From Tubiluchus corallicola (taxonomy: Eukaryota > Animalia > Priapulida), in contig JAQGDQ010000041.1 of assembly GCA_030141605.1 (NCBI GenBank), positions 868,001-932,000 on the forward strand: a DNA stretch of 64,000 bases, read 5' to 3'. Below the pieces are notes generated by a model that was not told the origin of the DNA, made no database searches, and saw only the letters and a program-made list of their open reading frames with translations. Position 1 is the stretch's first letter, and each line of letters opens with the position of its first letter. The position numbers and the translations under genes are program-made. This document shows, piece by piece, positions 34,809 to 47,100 of this stretch.

Positions 34809-35134
34809 ACAAACTTAGTTGAAAATGTACCGTAAGATAGATGCAAAAGTAAGCTCCACTTAGTCAAAAAGCATTCTTGCCGAAACTCACACAAACTTAG
34901 TTGAAAATGTACCGTAAGACAGATGCAAAAGTAAGTTCCAGTTAGTCAAAAAGCATTCTTGCCGAAACTCACACAAACTTAGTTGAAAATGTACCGTAAG
35001 ATAGATGCAAAAGTAAGCTCCACTTAGTCAAAAAGCATTCTTGCCGAAACTCACACAAACTTAGTTGAAAATGTACCGTAAGATAAATGCAAAAGAAAGC
35101 TCCACTTAATCAAAGAGCATTCAGAAACTCGCAC
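34809..35134. repeat. 82-bp tandem repeat, about 4 copies
   Basis: Units start 34809, 34891, 34973, 35055 (ACAAACTTAGTTGAAAATGTACCGTAAGA...GCCGAAACTCAC), near-identical, last copy decayed. Confidence 0.95.
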
Positions 35135-35530
35135 AGATGATAAGTTCATTTCACAGTTACATTAGAATGAGAATCAGAGTAAAATTTAAATCTTGCAAAG
35201 TTACACTTAAAACAAACTACAGTGTAGTACATCATAAAAGTTTATTATATCAAAGTATTCTCTAGACAATTGCGAATTTATCATGACCTTAAAATTTTGT
35301 ACGGAGGCCTCGCATAGCCTATTGTTTTGGGAGTATGATTGGAACAGTGACCTGAAAACTTTGTGACTAGCTTTTTCGATTGAACTCAATGGCTTTTAAA
35401 ATTCACCAGACTTTAACACACTGGAGCTATTTTGAATGACAATGATAAAAAATGTTTAACAAGTATTCAACAGAAAATAGTAATCAAAAGTGTGGTTGCT
35501 ATGGATTTTAGAAGAGCAAACTGAAGTTAC

Positions 35531-36203
35531 GCCTAAATCCAGTACATGGCTCTTCCTGATGAAGATCTGGTCTTGTCAACCCGAAACAAAATGGCTGCTT
35601 CCACAAGCTACAATCGGAGTTACATAATACAAGTTTTTTTTACAATTGCAGTACTAGTTTCTAGATAGAAAAGTGGATAAGGAGTTAATAAAATTAGACC
35701 TTTGGTATTTTTGGACATTTTTATGATAATTTGATGCTAGACTATAAAAGTACGATATATTTAGCATTTGTTTTCATAAAAAATAAAAAATCGATGTTTG
35801 AAGCATCATAACGTAGTTTTAACTCTGCCAACTTATGGACGGTTTTGGTTTGCAAGCACACATATAATAAGCTGTTTGCCAAATTAAAAAAAATGCAATA
35901 CACGTAACTTTAACTAACTTTAATATCAGCAATGATTCAGCATTAATTTATCTGAGTCATTAATGTTCTGGGCATACAAATGTTTATCAGCAAGAATTAG
36001 TATGTTAGTCTGCTGAGTTACATATTATACAAAACGAGTAAGCAACAAACTATATAGAATTTAGATAAGTTTAAAGTCGAAACATGTCCAGTGTGGTCTG
36101 TTTTGCTGAATTTTTTTTTCGAAGATGCGTCTGAATTTCGAAGGACAGGAAGAAGTAAAGTAGAGTAAAGAATATCTTGCTTGAGTTCAATGAAGTGTTG
36201 CAG
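35531..36203. promoter_or_regulatory. Putative bidirectional promoter with first non-coding exons of MTERF3 (-) and the MIF4G gene (+)
   Basis: Minus-strand donor GC|GTAACT at 35531, plus-strand donor CAG|GTAAAA at 36203, YY1-like AAAATGGCTGC at about 35588-35598; both genes have acceptors just before their ATG that need these donors. Confidence 0.55.
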
Positions 36204-36762
36204 GTAAAATCAGAATAGTCACTCTCTACAGTACATGGTGCAGTGTTTCCAGCACGTCGCATTTCATCAGCTGATACAGTAATTTCTGGTTAGCCGTCGT
36301 CGTTACCGCTGTATTGTTGTTAGGGTCATTAAGTAGAAAAAATGCAACTTTAGGTGTAAAATGTGTTTAGAACAAAAATGCTGATCTGGCTATAGTTATA
36401 ACGCGGGGCAATCGTGTGGTCTTGTGTCACAATTCTGTCTTCACAGTGCGCAAGATGGGTTTATAAAGCGAAGTTTGGATTTAATAAACGGCGGGTTATC
36501 GATAGGCTAAAGTATTATACAGTTCTGTTTTACTACAACCGTAGACTGTAGTACTAGTAGTAATACTAATAGCAATAGTGGCCACAATAAGCGGCTGAAT
36601 TTACTATCCGTGGATTTATTAAACGGATTTTACTGTGCATACATTTTTTCCACGAATCGTCACCTCTTCGCTGAACGTGATATTGTTCAGTCTTCGTATA
36701 GTTGAAAAAACGTAGTAATATTATTATCTATCAAATTCAACTTATGATCTTCCATGCTTGTA

Positions 36763-37265
36763 GGGCGCCGAGTAAACCACTAGCCGAAGTAGGACACTTC
36801 CGGTAAAAGGCATGTGTTAAATTTGGGGAAGAGCAGTGTCATACACGGGCAGCCCAAGTAGGGCACTAGCGATTTCTGTCGAGAATCGAGATTTATGACA
36901 TAATAAAACACAAAGTAAATTTGTTTTAGAAAAAAGTAACTTTATAATAATGATGGATAGTCCTCGACAATTTACAAATGTATTTTTTGCAATAATATCA
37001 TCATTACTATTAGCTCCATTAATATCATCATTACATTAAACTAAGTATCTAATGCTTTAAAGAGAGAAACTATGTAGGGCACATAACTCCCTAACCCGTT
37101 TACTTAGTAGAAAACAATTATTTGTTCAAGAGGGAGTGAAAAGGTTGGTGAAAGACTCAATTCGCGACCTGTCTCTAGCGTCCTACTTCGGCTACAACGC
37201 GTCCTACTTGGGCTAGCCCATGTACGTCAATTGTCCTACTTCGGCTAACGGATTACTCGGCGCCC
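36763..37265. mobile_element. MITE with GGGCGCCGAGTAA termini and subterminal AGCCGAAGTAGGAC repeats
   Basis: Perfect 13-bp TIR GGGCGCCGAGTAA / TTACTCGGCGCCC; 2 left and 3 right inverted subterminal modules. Confidence 0.85.
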
Positions 37266-37368
37266 AACACGTTATGTTCCCGGTTTCTTTCGTTGGGTAT
37301 CTCCTGTACGCGGACACAAAGTTAAGTTTGCTAGAATTTATTCACTACCATCTTATGTGTTCGCCTAG

Positions 37369-38063
37369 TAGGGATGAGCATTCTCTACCAAAAAGCGAAT
37401 TCGAATCGAATTTGTAACATTCGAATTCGAATTGAACTGAACTTCAGAATTTCAAATTCGAATTGGCATGGAAAGATTTTTGAACAAGTTTTCGAACCAC
37501 CAACAAAAACTAGTCTTACAAAGATCATATAAGTATATAAAATTGCTTTGTTCTGCAGTAAAACTACCAATAATTTCTTTAAAAACTGTGCACAGAGATC
37601 ACAAGTAAATGACGCCAGTTGCATGATGTATCAAATGTTTTAATGATTAAGAACATAATGTGATTGAAGTGCTGAATAATTCGAATTTACAATTTTGGTT
37701 TAAATCAAATTCGAACGTTAGATAGACACAGACAATTTTTATTTATCTCCCCAAAATACACATTTTGCAGGGTAAACGCAAAAATTAATCACGTTTATAA
37801 CATAATTTGAGAACAGTATAAGTGTGAAGAGGCAAGAAGATGAATTACAGGGGGTGGAAGAGAAAGGGTTGATCAGAAAATTCATAGTTTGTTAAAACTG
37901 CAACCAAATTGCACTAATTGGATGCTCTTTCAAACATTTTGATGATAAAGAACATATGTGGCTGAAATGCTGAATTATTCTAATCTATAATTTTAGGTTC
38001 AAATCGAATTTGAACTGAAAAAACTCATTTGAATCGAATTCGAACATTCGATGCTCACTCCTA
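37369..38063. mobile_element. hAT-type MITE
   Basis: 8-bp TSD TCGCCTAG (37361-37368, 38064-38071); termini TAGGGATGAGCAT / ATGCTCACTCCTA; subterminal TTCGAA repeats; internal ~130-bp diverged duplication. Confidence 0.9.
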
Positions 38064-39415
38064 TCGCCTAGTGCTCTTCAGTTTAAAAGGGCTTTCACAA
38101 ATAATTGTTACTGCATATTAATAATTATTATTAACATACATACTGAGCTTTAATACTGTGTTACTATTAAAGTTTAATAATTTGTTGCCATACTTTTTAG
38201 AATATTGATTCTTTATAGTACTATTATATACACGCACTTCTTCCATAAGCAACATCATTATGTCTTTCCAATAATATGGATTGCAAGGCTGCAGTGTAGT
38301 GATGTCTAACCAAAGTTACCAAACCAGAGTTTAGTTTGAATATAATCTTTATTTCTATAAGTGGTGCACCTGTTTATCATCAAAAACAAAATTATATCAA
38401 AAGTAGACCAAAATGTATTACAAGCAAACTCGTTATCAATCATCCGAAACCCATTTATTTAATCCAGACATCGAGGAGGCAGAATTCTAATACATATTTT
38501 GATTGAATACTTTTATTTTAGAATAAAGTCCATAAATCAATACTTTAAAAACCATATAACAATCAAACATTACACATCTAAATAAATAATTATAGCAATT
38601 GTTAGTTAACAGCATCTCACAATTAAATTATACACTTAATATAATTATAATTATTTATATATTTATAATTTTAGGCTACAGCATATGTGGGAATTTATTC
38701 CAATGCTCATGCAACCTAGATATATATGTGCAGTCACTGTGGAATATGTTAGTTATCAATTCATTCTAATTTTAATGAATAAATAGATCTTCTAATAACG
38801 TCATTAAAACTTAATTAGGTCTACCTACATATGCCCAGCTGAACAATCATAAGAAGTAGGTTAAACAAAGTTCGATTGGATCCCTTTATTACGCGCAACT
38901 TGTGAGTTCCTTTCGTAGTCATAAAAGTTATTCCACAGTTAAAGTTAGAACAATTATGTTTCGAAGCTTAACTAATAAGCTTTGTTATTTTACTTCCATA
39001 CTACAGTGAGAACAATATTTAATTAATTTGTTTGGGTATATGTAGATCAAACGATGCTGGGGTTTATCTGTTGCTAAAAAATGGTTACCTGTTACTTTTC
39101 CTCAGTACAAGACTTCATGGCATTTGTTTCTGTGGCGAATTTTGTATCATTTAAAGGTTTACATGTTAGAACTTTTGTTTTAGCATAATTTGCCTTAATA
39201 TCACATTGTGTTGCGTACTGAATGTACATATTTAGGAAAATACTGAGGACTCATTACAGTAGGTATAATAAGACAATTAAGAATCATTGTTTAATTTGCA
39301 TACCAACTAAACAAGCAAAGAGCTTTGAAGCAAATTATTAATAATTACGTCCCACAATAACTCTAGCCCAAAAATTCGTGTTTTATAAATGAGATTTTTA
39401 TCCTTATCTTTCGGT

Positions 39416-39495
39416 TTATGCCCTTTTTCTGTGTCATTTTTACCTTACCATTTTTACCTGTGACATTTTTACAAGTGGCATTTTTACAGCGCAGG
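39416..39495. repeat. Isolated right-arm fragment of the TGCCATTTTT modular foldback family
   Basis: About 5 decayed TG(T/C)CATTTTTACC modules like 15464-15738. Confidence 0.6.
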
Positions 39496-41139
39496 CGTGC
39501 AATAAAGCAATCGTCACCCCCTGCACTCCCTATCTCTTTCCTTTCCTTTATGCATAATTTATCCTTTTTAATTAATAACTATATCAATAATAGTCTACTT
39601 GTATTCTGGTGTAAATGAGGAGATAAATAAAATGTCTATGTCAAAGATTTCTCCTAATGTTTGTTTTTTTTGGTTTTGAAAAATGTATGGGAAATCCTGA
39701 ATTATTGTGGTCGGAAGTGGTGCTGAACACACAAACCGCACTCTTTATGCACTTTGCCACTGGAGCACAGCTGTGTTTATTTTTTTGCCGGATTACTGAT
39801 GTACTTAACTGCCTTGAGGGCAGATTTCTTTTAACTTAGAGTTCTGCTTGCCCAGCCAATGTCTACAATACTCAATAGACTTCATGGATGGTGATGATGA
39901 TGAATTTTGAACTCAACACTTATATTTTAGAGATTTGACTGCCTAATATCTACAAAAGACTTATTGGGGAATTTATTATAAAACCTGCTCGGAATTTAAA
40001 TGAATTTAAAATAATAATTAGCATAGTTAGTAGTGCTGGCAAACTACTGGCCTAGCAGTGTAGAGTAGATCTATTGGCTATTATACGTGTTTTGTGTACT
40101 TGCTTTGAAGCAGTTTCCTTCTAGAATGAAGTTCTTTAGTTTATGGTCCACTCTAATTTTAAAGTTAAGCAAAAACAGACTTATGTTGCTCGCTTACCAA
40201 AAACCTTATTAAAGTTATGTTCCTGCATGAAAGAGATACAGTCATAATGTTGTACTCTGCTTGCTCTTTGTGTCAGTGACCATGGATGCCACCAACCCCA
40301 GACACTGCTCGGCATTGGATAATACTAACGTTGGATGTTCATGCTTGCTCGACATTCCCAAGTACCGCTTCATCTTGTACTACCTGGCTTTGTACTGCAG
40401 TGCAATGTGCCGCCTCACTGTTCTACCTTGCCATGTACAATGTATAAGTTATGAATGTATACTACCTGGAACACTTGTGCAGCGTCCCCGTGTACTGTGA
40501 CACCGCATACCGACCTCACTTTGTACTGTGGTGCCATTGCAATACACTGTGAGGTGTTACATGGTACTTATTTTTACTGTCAGTGTTCTAATGTAAACGG
40601 TCTGCACTTAGATGTTCCTTCTACCATTTTAATTTTTAGGGGTATATTTCTTTTCATAGAATGGCTGGTAGAGGTAGAGGACTCTCATTTGGTAGGGGAA
40701 GAGCCTCACTGCAACCCTTGCGCAAACCACAAAAAGTGGAAGATACTACGGTAAAAGTTTCAGTATGTTTCTTTTTGTTTAAACTGTATTTAGTAGTACA
40801 TTAAAGAAATTTGAATCAGTACTACTTTTTGTCTGAGTACTGTGTTTGCCTTTTCATGAAATTACCAGTCAGAATAAGTTTACAGATTAGTATTGTAAAT
40901 TATAAGATTAAAAAATTCTGGTATCACCTGGCAGTATCACCTACCCATATAATATTACTCAAATAGATATTCAAACAATGTAAAGTTACTGCATTATTTG
41001 TGCAGTTTTTTTTTTAATAAGAAATGCCTCATTTTTTCGTGTTAGAATTGGACAACAGCTTCAGCTTTCTTAAAAATTCATTTCATTTTCCCTGTCAAAT
41101 TATATCAGAGGCTTTGATTGTCTGTTACAGGTTAATAGC

Positions 41140-44100
41140 ATGACAATTGACGATGTGACCAAGAAGTTCAAAGCTTTATCGTTTAACATGAGTGATACAG
41201 ATGTCACAGAGCTGCAAAGTGCTATAGAAATGTACTGCAGTAATGCAGAAAAGTTAACCGATCTGGTCAAACAACTGCATGATATGTAAGTTATAAGTGA
41301 ATAATTATTTGATTGCAATTTTAAGTCAGGTTAGCAGTTTAGCCCACAGAAACTACACATTAAAAATATGTATTTAACTTACAAATGTACTAAACATATA
41401 AAGATCTTGTAGATCTTTTCAAGCTCTACAAATCCATCATAGTTTTATTTATAATGATAATTGATAGCTGTGTACAGTATTCTTAATTATGAAATTTTGC
41501 AGAAACTGGTTCACACTTAAACAAAATTCATAGCACACGCCACCCGCCACCCAGGTTTGAAGTTTAAGCTAATTTCTCTGTTGCATTAAAACAACTAATA
41601 TGGAACCTATTTGCAAAAAATAAAAAAGCAGTATGTATTATGTGGAATTTGGCCATCAGCTATGATTTTCTAGGTAAAGAAGAAATGCCATTTTGTGGGC
41701 ATAATGCAAAAATTTACACTATGCACTCATATCTCAGTTTGCTGGACCTTGCTTTTACAGATATCGGAAGAATCGGGCAAAATCTGGACCACTAAAAGTC
41801 CTGTATATTACGGACATAGTCCATTGTTTCACAAGCTGACCACAAGTTAGCAGGGTGTCACTTTGTTTACATCAGCATGTTTATGTGGTTTATTTAAGTC
41901 AATTACAGACAGTTTTTATATACTTTTGCATAGGGGCGGCTCATACTAGACATTTTTGAGACAATTAGGCGATTGATTCTGCATTACCGTGAGTGTAATA
42001 CACGGTGCCTACTTTATTAGTTTAGTATCAATAACTACAGACAGTCGGGAAATTCGGACCGACATCTCCCCGCTTTTGTGTACTCTCTACTTATATGTAT
42101 TCTAGCAAGAAGGGAAGTCTTTCGCCTTACTTATTTGTTCAATGAATGGACAAGCCCACAGCAGCAGGTTTCAGTGGCTTGCAAAAGTGCTGAAAAGTAA
42201 AAAAGACATACAGGTAACAGGATTTAGAAATTGCAGTCTCCCAATATTTTCTGGTAAAAATTGGCAGAAACTGAAAGCTAGGGTTTTGTCTGCATATTGC
42301 TACTGGTGATTTAATTGTACAGTGGGTGCCGTTAATTAGACTTACGGTAATTGAATCAGTTGCCTAATTTACTCAAAAACGTCTGATACTGGCTGCTCCT
42401 ATTCAGATGTGTATAAAAACTCATACAACAACTAAGAGCACAGAGTTAATTTCAAAAAATTGAGCATAAGTGTAAAGCCTAGCATTTAAAAAGTCTTGCA
42501 GCCTTTGCAGGGCGTAATAAGGTGTGTGAAGAGTGATGACTGATACTTCTATACTAGTGATACTTCACCTGCAGGCTAAGACATTCATTTGATTAATTGG
42601 GTCAAGACACTACACTGTATTTTATGGTCTTAGCTACTTAAGCCTACTTGTTCGTTAATGTATATTTCTGCTACACAATTTTAGTTTGTGTCAGTGTCTT
42701 TTTTGCCTATTGTTTTGGCCAAGAACTGGGGCTTTTTGACTGACTTGTTATATATATATATATAACTGACTGTAATGATTGTAAAACTTTTTACACACAG
42801 TAAAAGGAAGAAGAAAAGTAGAAAGGAAGGGAGATAGTTGTAAATGGGAGGCAGACAATTGTGAAATACCGGGATCATAAAGATCATTAGTATCAGGGCA
42901 AACCAGTGTCACTGCAAGACTGTTGTCACATCCTGTGATGTATATTGTCAGAGAGACGAAAGTGAATTGTCAAAGCATGTAAATGAGTATTTTTGTTTGG
43001 GCCAAGACACATCACAGTGCATAACATATGGAGATGATCAAACAATTATAAAGCTTTTCACACTAAACCGTCAAGGCACAATTGTATACGTCTGCTTGTA
43101 GTGGCTTAAATCTATGTACAAACTTTGGCAGATTTGATGGAAATGGCAATCTAAAACCTCCAAATGTCTTAGTACACCCGTGTCTACTAGGATTTTTCAA
43201 TATTCACAAGCAGTAAGGAATTCCTTGTTCCACAGCAATACATCAACAACCCACTGAACTTTCTCACTCAATCAGATTCCGATAACTCTGGACACCTGCA
43301 CTTCAGCAGATTCCTTAGCAACTGCTGTGGACTCTGTATCCTAGCAAGATGCCATTTTTGACGAAGTTTCACAGCTACTTCTTAACACTGCAACCGATCA
43401 TCTCTGTTTCCTCTGGGGAAAGGAAACTAAAATCATTAATAACAAACTGACTTGATGACCATCTCACTCCAGTAGACCACAGGATCTCAAATTTGCTGCA
43501 AAAATACTTTCCTTCTATAGCAGCCTAACCAGTAATGTAAGCAGCAAGGAGATATCCAGTGTAACTGTCGTGAGTTTAGTGTGCAATCTGGATGATGGCG
43601 CCAGCGTGCAATTCTTCTCTGTATCGGCTGCTTGTGCAATGGCATTGTTTGCGAGCACTCTGCGCTGAGGTTTGGAGATAGCACACATACGGCAGGTCGG
43701 GGTTGATTGATCTAATGTGCTTTTCTTGTTTATTTGCTTCCTTGTGTTAACTGCCGAAATAAACGTTTTTGTTCATCATCAATAAGTTCTAAATTTTTAT
43801 TTGATCCTCGACCACCAGTGAACGCAGCTCCAAGGTAACCTCAGCAATAATCGAAGTGTTAAACACTTACATCCAGTTCAATGAATCCCAGGGTACCTGA
43901 GTGGGAGCACCAAAACTTACAATAGTGGCCCAATCAGTGTGTTTGGGTAAAGAGCCAATCATGATCATAAGTAGAATAAAGTTATGTAATGAGTAAAAAA
44001 TTATTTCACTGTTTTGAACTTATTTTTTGCTAGATCAGTTTGTAATATTGATTTTTTGTCATTAATTGTAATAACTTACCAATAAAGTGACTGTATTCTA

Positions 44101-47100
44101 ATAACTAATAATGTATTAACAGAATTCTCGTTCCTATCTACATTACTTTTCCTATCTACCTTTTTGTTTAGATGCATACAAGACTCCAACTTAACAAAAG
44201 CTGCTGCTATGTTGTGTAATACTGTTGGGTCTATGGAAGTAGAAGGAGTAAAATTCCGCAGTCTCCTACTCTCTTCTTTACAACAAGATTTTAAAGGTAA
44301 TTCTATTCGGCACAGGCAATTTTTAATTTCTGCCATTTTTGCTGGTATTGTGCAAATGATAATGCCTATATAAAACCTATACTGCATGAATATCACTGCC
44401 GAAATCATTAGTGCATAGTGATATCTGAGTTTGTTAGTTGTATTTTCTACAACATGTAGACTGCACAGCAACTCGAATTATTACATTTTAGAATAAAATA
44501 GACAATTCTCTTGTTAACATTAAAAGCATACAAACTTATTTCAATGGTTTAGCGCCATCTTATATATTTCATTTTTTGAAGCCATATGTGCCCAAATATA
44601 ATCTTAGATCAGTTAATTTTTCGACGCTTGTTGTGCCGCATTATAATTTAGTCACATATGGACCTCTTAGATTTTGCATAGCAGCACCAAAATTATAGAA
44701 CAATTTACCAACTTATGCACGGAAAATGGCTAACGTTGAAAAGTTCAAATCCTTCCTTAAAACTTGTTTTTATAAAGAAGACTTTTTAATTTATTAAATA
44801 TTTAAAATGCCCTTAAAGTACTGGTTTTTGGGCATTTCTGGTGATTTTTTTATACATGAATTATAATTTTAGCTTTACCTATAATAGTCAATTGTGTATG
44901 TACCACTTATAGGATTTATACATGCAAAATACATTTGTCCATGTTAATGTTAATGCATTTTAAATATCCAATAAATTATTATTATTATTATTATTATCAT
45001 CATCATCATCATCGTTATTATTGTAACAACAGTGGATCCGAGTAACCACGTGTACAACTAAATTATAATTTAGTAAATGGAATTTCATCTTACATCTCAT
45101 AATAATTGTTTAAATGCATGGTAATCATCCTTCTTCATATCATGTCTCTGTGTATATAGTTGGAAAAGCCCACACTCGCCAATTCTACTGTTTTGTCCTA
45201 ATTGTTTCTGTCATCTGTTTCCTCAGGAAACTGTGAAAAAGATTTTCGCTTGTTTTTACGCATGGTGAAATCTACTAGTCACTAGCTAGATCAACTTTTA
45301 TTGCCCAGTTACGCAATTTCAGTGCTTTAAAAACTGTTTGTAATTTTTGTAATATCCTCTGATAACTATAGTAGTTACAGTAATGAACTAGAAAAATGAA
45401 ACTGTAGCCAAATTGACTGTGATTATGCAGACTGATGTACGGGCAAGTCATATATAGTGTCATTGCAAGATGTAAATGTCAGCGATTAGAGTTCCAAGTG
45501 ACATTTTCGTGTATTTTAAGTGATTATTTCATTCAGTTTTTCCTTATCGTAACTTCTAAATATTGACTTTTTAAGCCGTAATTCCAAAAATTAAACAGAA
45601 TGCTGCGTTTTAAAACAGCACTCATGGCAATGAATCATTATATTATTCGGTTTTAAAATGTAGTTCAGGCGTTGTTGATAAATCGTATCATATTTAAAAA
45701 CTGACGAAAAGCTTTGAACAGGCAGAAATAAACTACTTTAGTTTTTTTTATGATGTCACTGGTATCTCCTGCAAATGCATATGTGGCAAAACACACAAAA
45801 AATGCTACTGTATGACATTAGATTTTTTTTCTTTTAATTTACACAAATTACACCAGACTGCACATCATAAGACATTCCAACCTGCAGCTCTCCAAAATAG
45901 GTAGATTCCACAAAAATTGAGCTAAGCCTATGGTCTGAGGCAGAGCTGTTAGCTCCAGTAGTGCTTTTGATGCCTTTTTGCATTTCAGCATTTTTAGATG
46001 CCTATTGTAATACCAATTCTTGCAGTTGAGTTTCAGACAGCACTTTTTAAAAAAAATGCTTTATATTTTTAGACACTTTGTAAACATTTTTCGCATTTTT
46101 TTTGAATGTGCAAGTAAATTTCCCCAAGAAGAACTTCAAACCTTTAATTCATAATGTTACTCGTAATATGACTAAAATTTTGATTGACTGCAATTTTATT
46201 TAAACTCACAAATTAAAATTTCCACCTTTAGCAGCTTCATAAGCCAAAAACTTTGTGTAGGTCACAGATTCTTATTGTTTTCATGTCGTGGCTGAGTACA
46301 ATTGCACACCTCTGTTCTAGGTCCTGCTTTCCTAGATGACAGACGATCTTTTTTCGTGTTATCTAGGACCATAAATGGACTAGCTTATTTTGGGCAAAAG
46401 GAGGACTATTTTATCTCACTGTCTATGATCACATTTTACCTTGAAGTAATAGTTGGTGAAAATCGGTAGAAATATTTCAAAATTCGGAAAAGGTGGATTA
46501 CTATTAAATTTCGGAGTCGTCTGATCAAATGGTCCAATCAGAAGAGATGGAATGACACATCACAGATAATCTTGTGATATATTAAGTACGTAGACAATCA
46601 ATTTGCTTATTAAACTGCAGCTATGTGGACACTATGAGACATGGACCATGTTCCATTAGGTTGTTTGAACAGTAGTGTACCGAGTAGGACTTATTCCCGC
46701 AAATCAAATCTGTGACCTACAAGTGAGCTGTTAGCTACAGCTTTCTGGGTTAGTTCCAGAAGGTTAGTACTTTCTGGGAAAACTGGCAACTTAACCATGC
46801 TGCAATAGTAAAACTGCAAAGCAAGATATCAGTGACGTTGTGCTAAAAATTTCGCACGCTATACTCTCGTATCTCGCATATATTGCATAGATGTAGGTTT
46901 GAACAAAACTATGATTTCAGCTTAACATTAAAAATGCTCTCAGTACTGCTTTAATACAATTTTATATTTTTCTTTAACCAGCAACTGCCACCATTTATAA
47001 CTGTTTCACTCAGTAGCTTTACTTTTTAGGCATTGTTAAAGATATACTTGAACTTTATTTTTACCTGATTTTATTGTATTTGCAGACAAGGAGACATTGA

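Noticed and set aside
34809-35134. Repeat array as CRISPR
   Set aside because: Head-to-tail units with no unique spacers, no cas genes, eukaryotic context.
37390-38055. TTCGAA arrays as heat-shock elements
   Set aside because: Spacing mostly does not fit nGAAnnTTCn; explained as hAT subterminal repeats.
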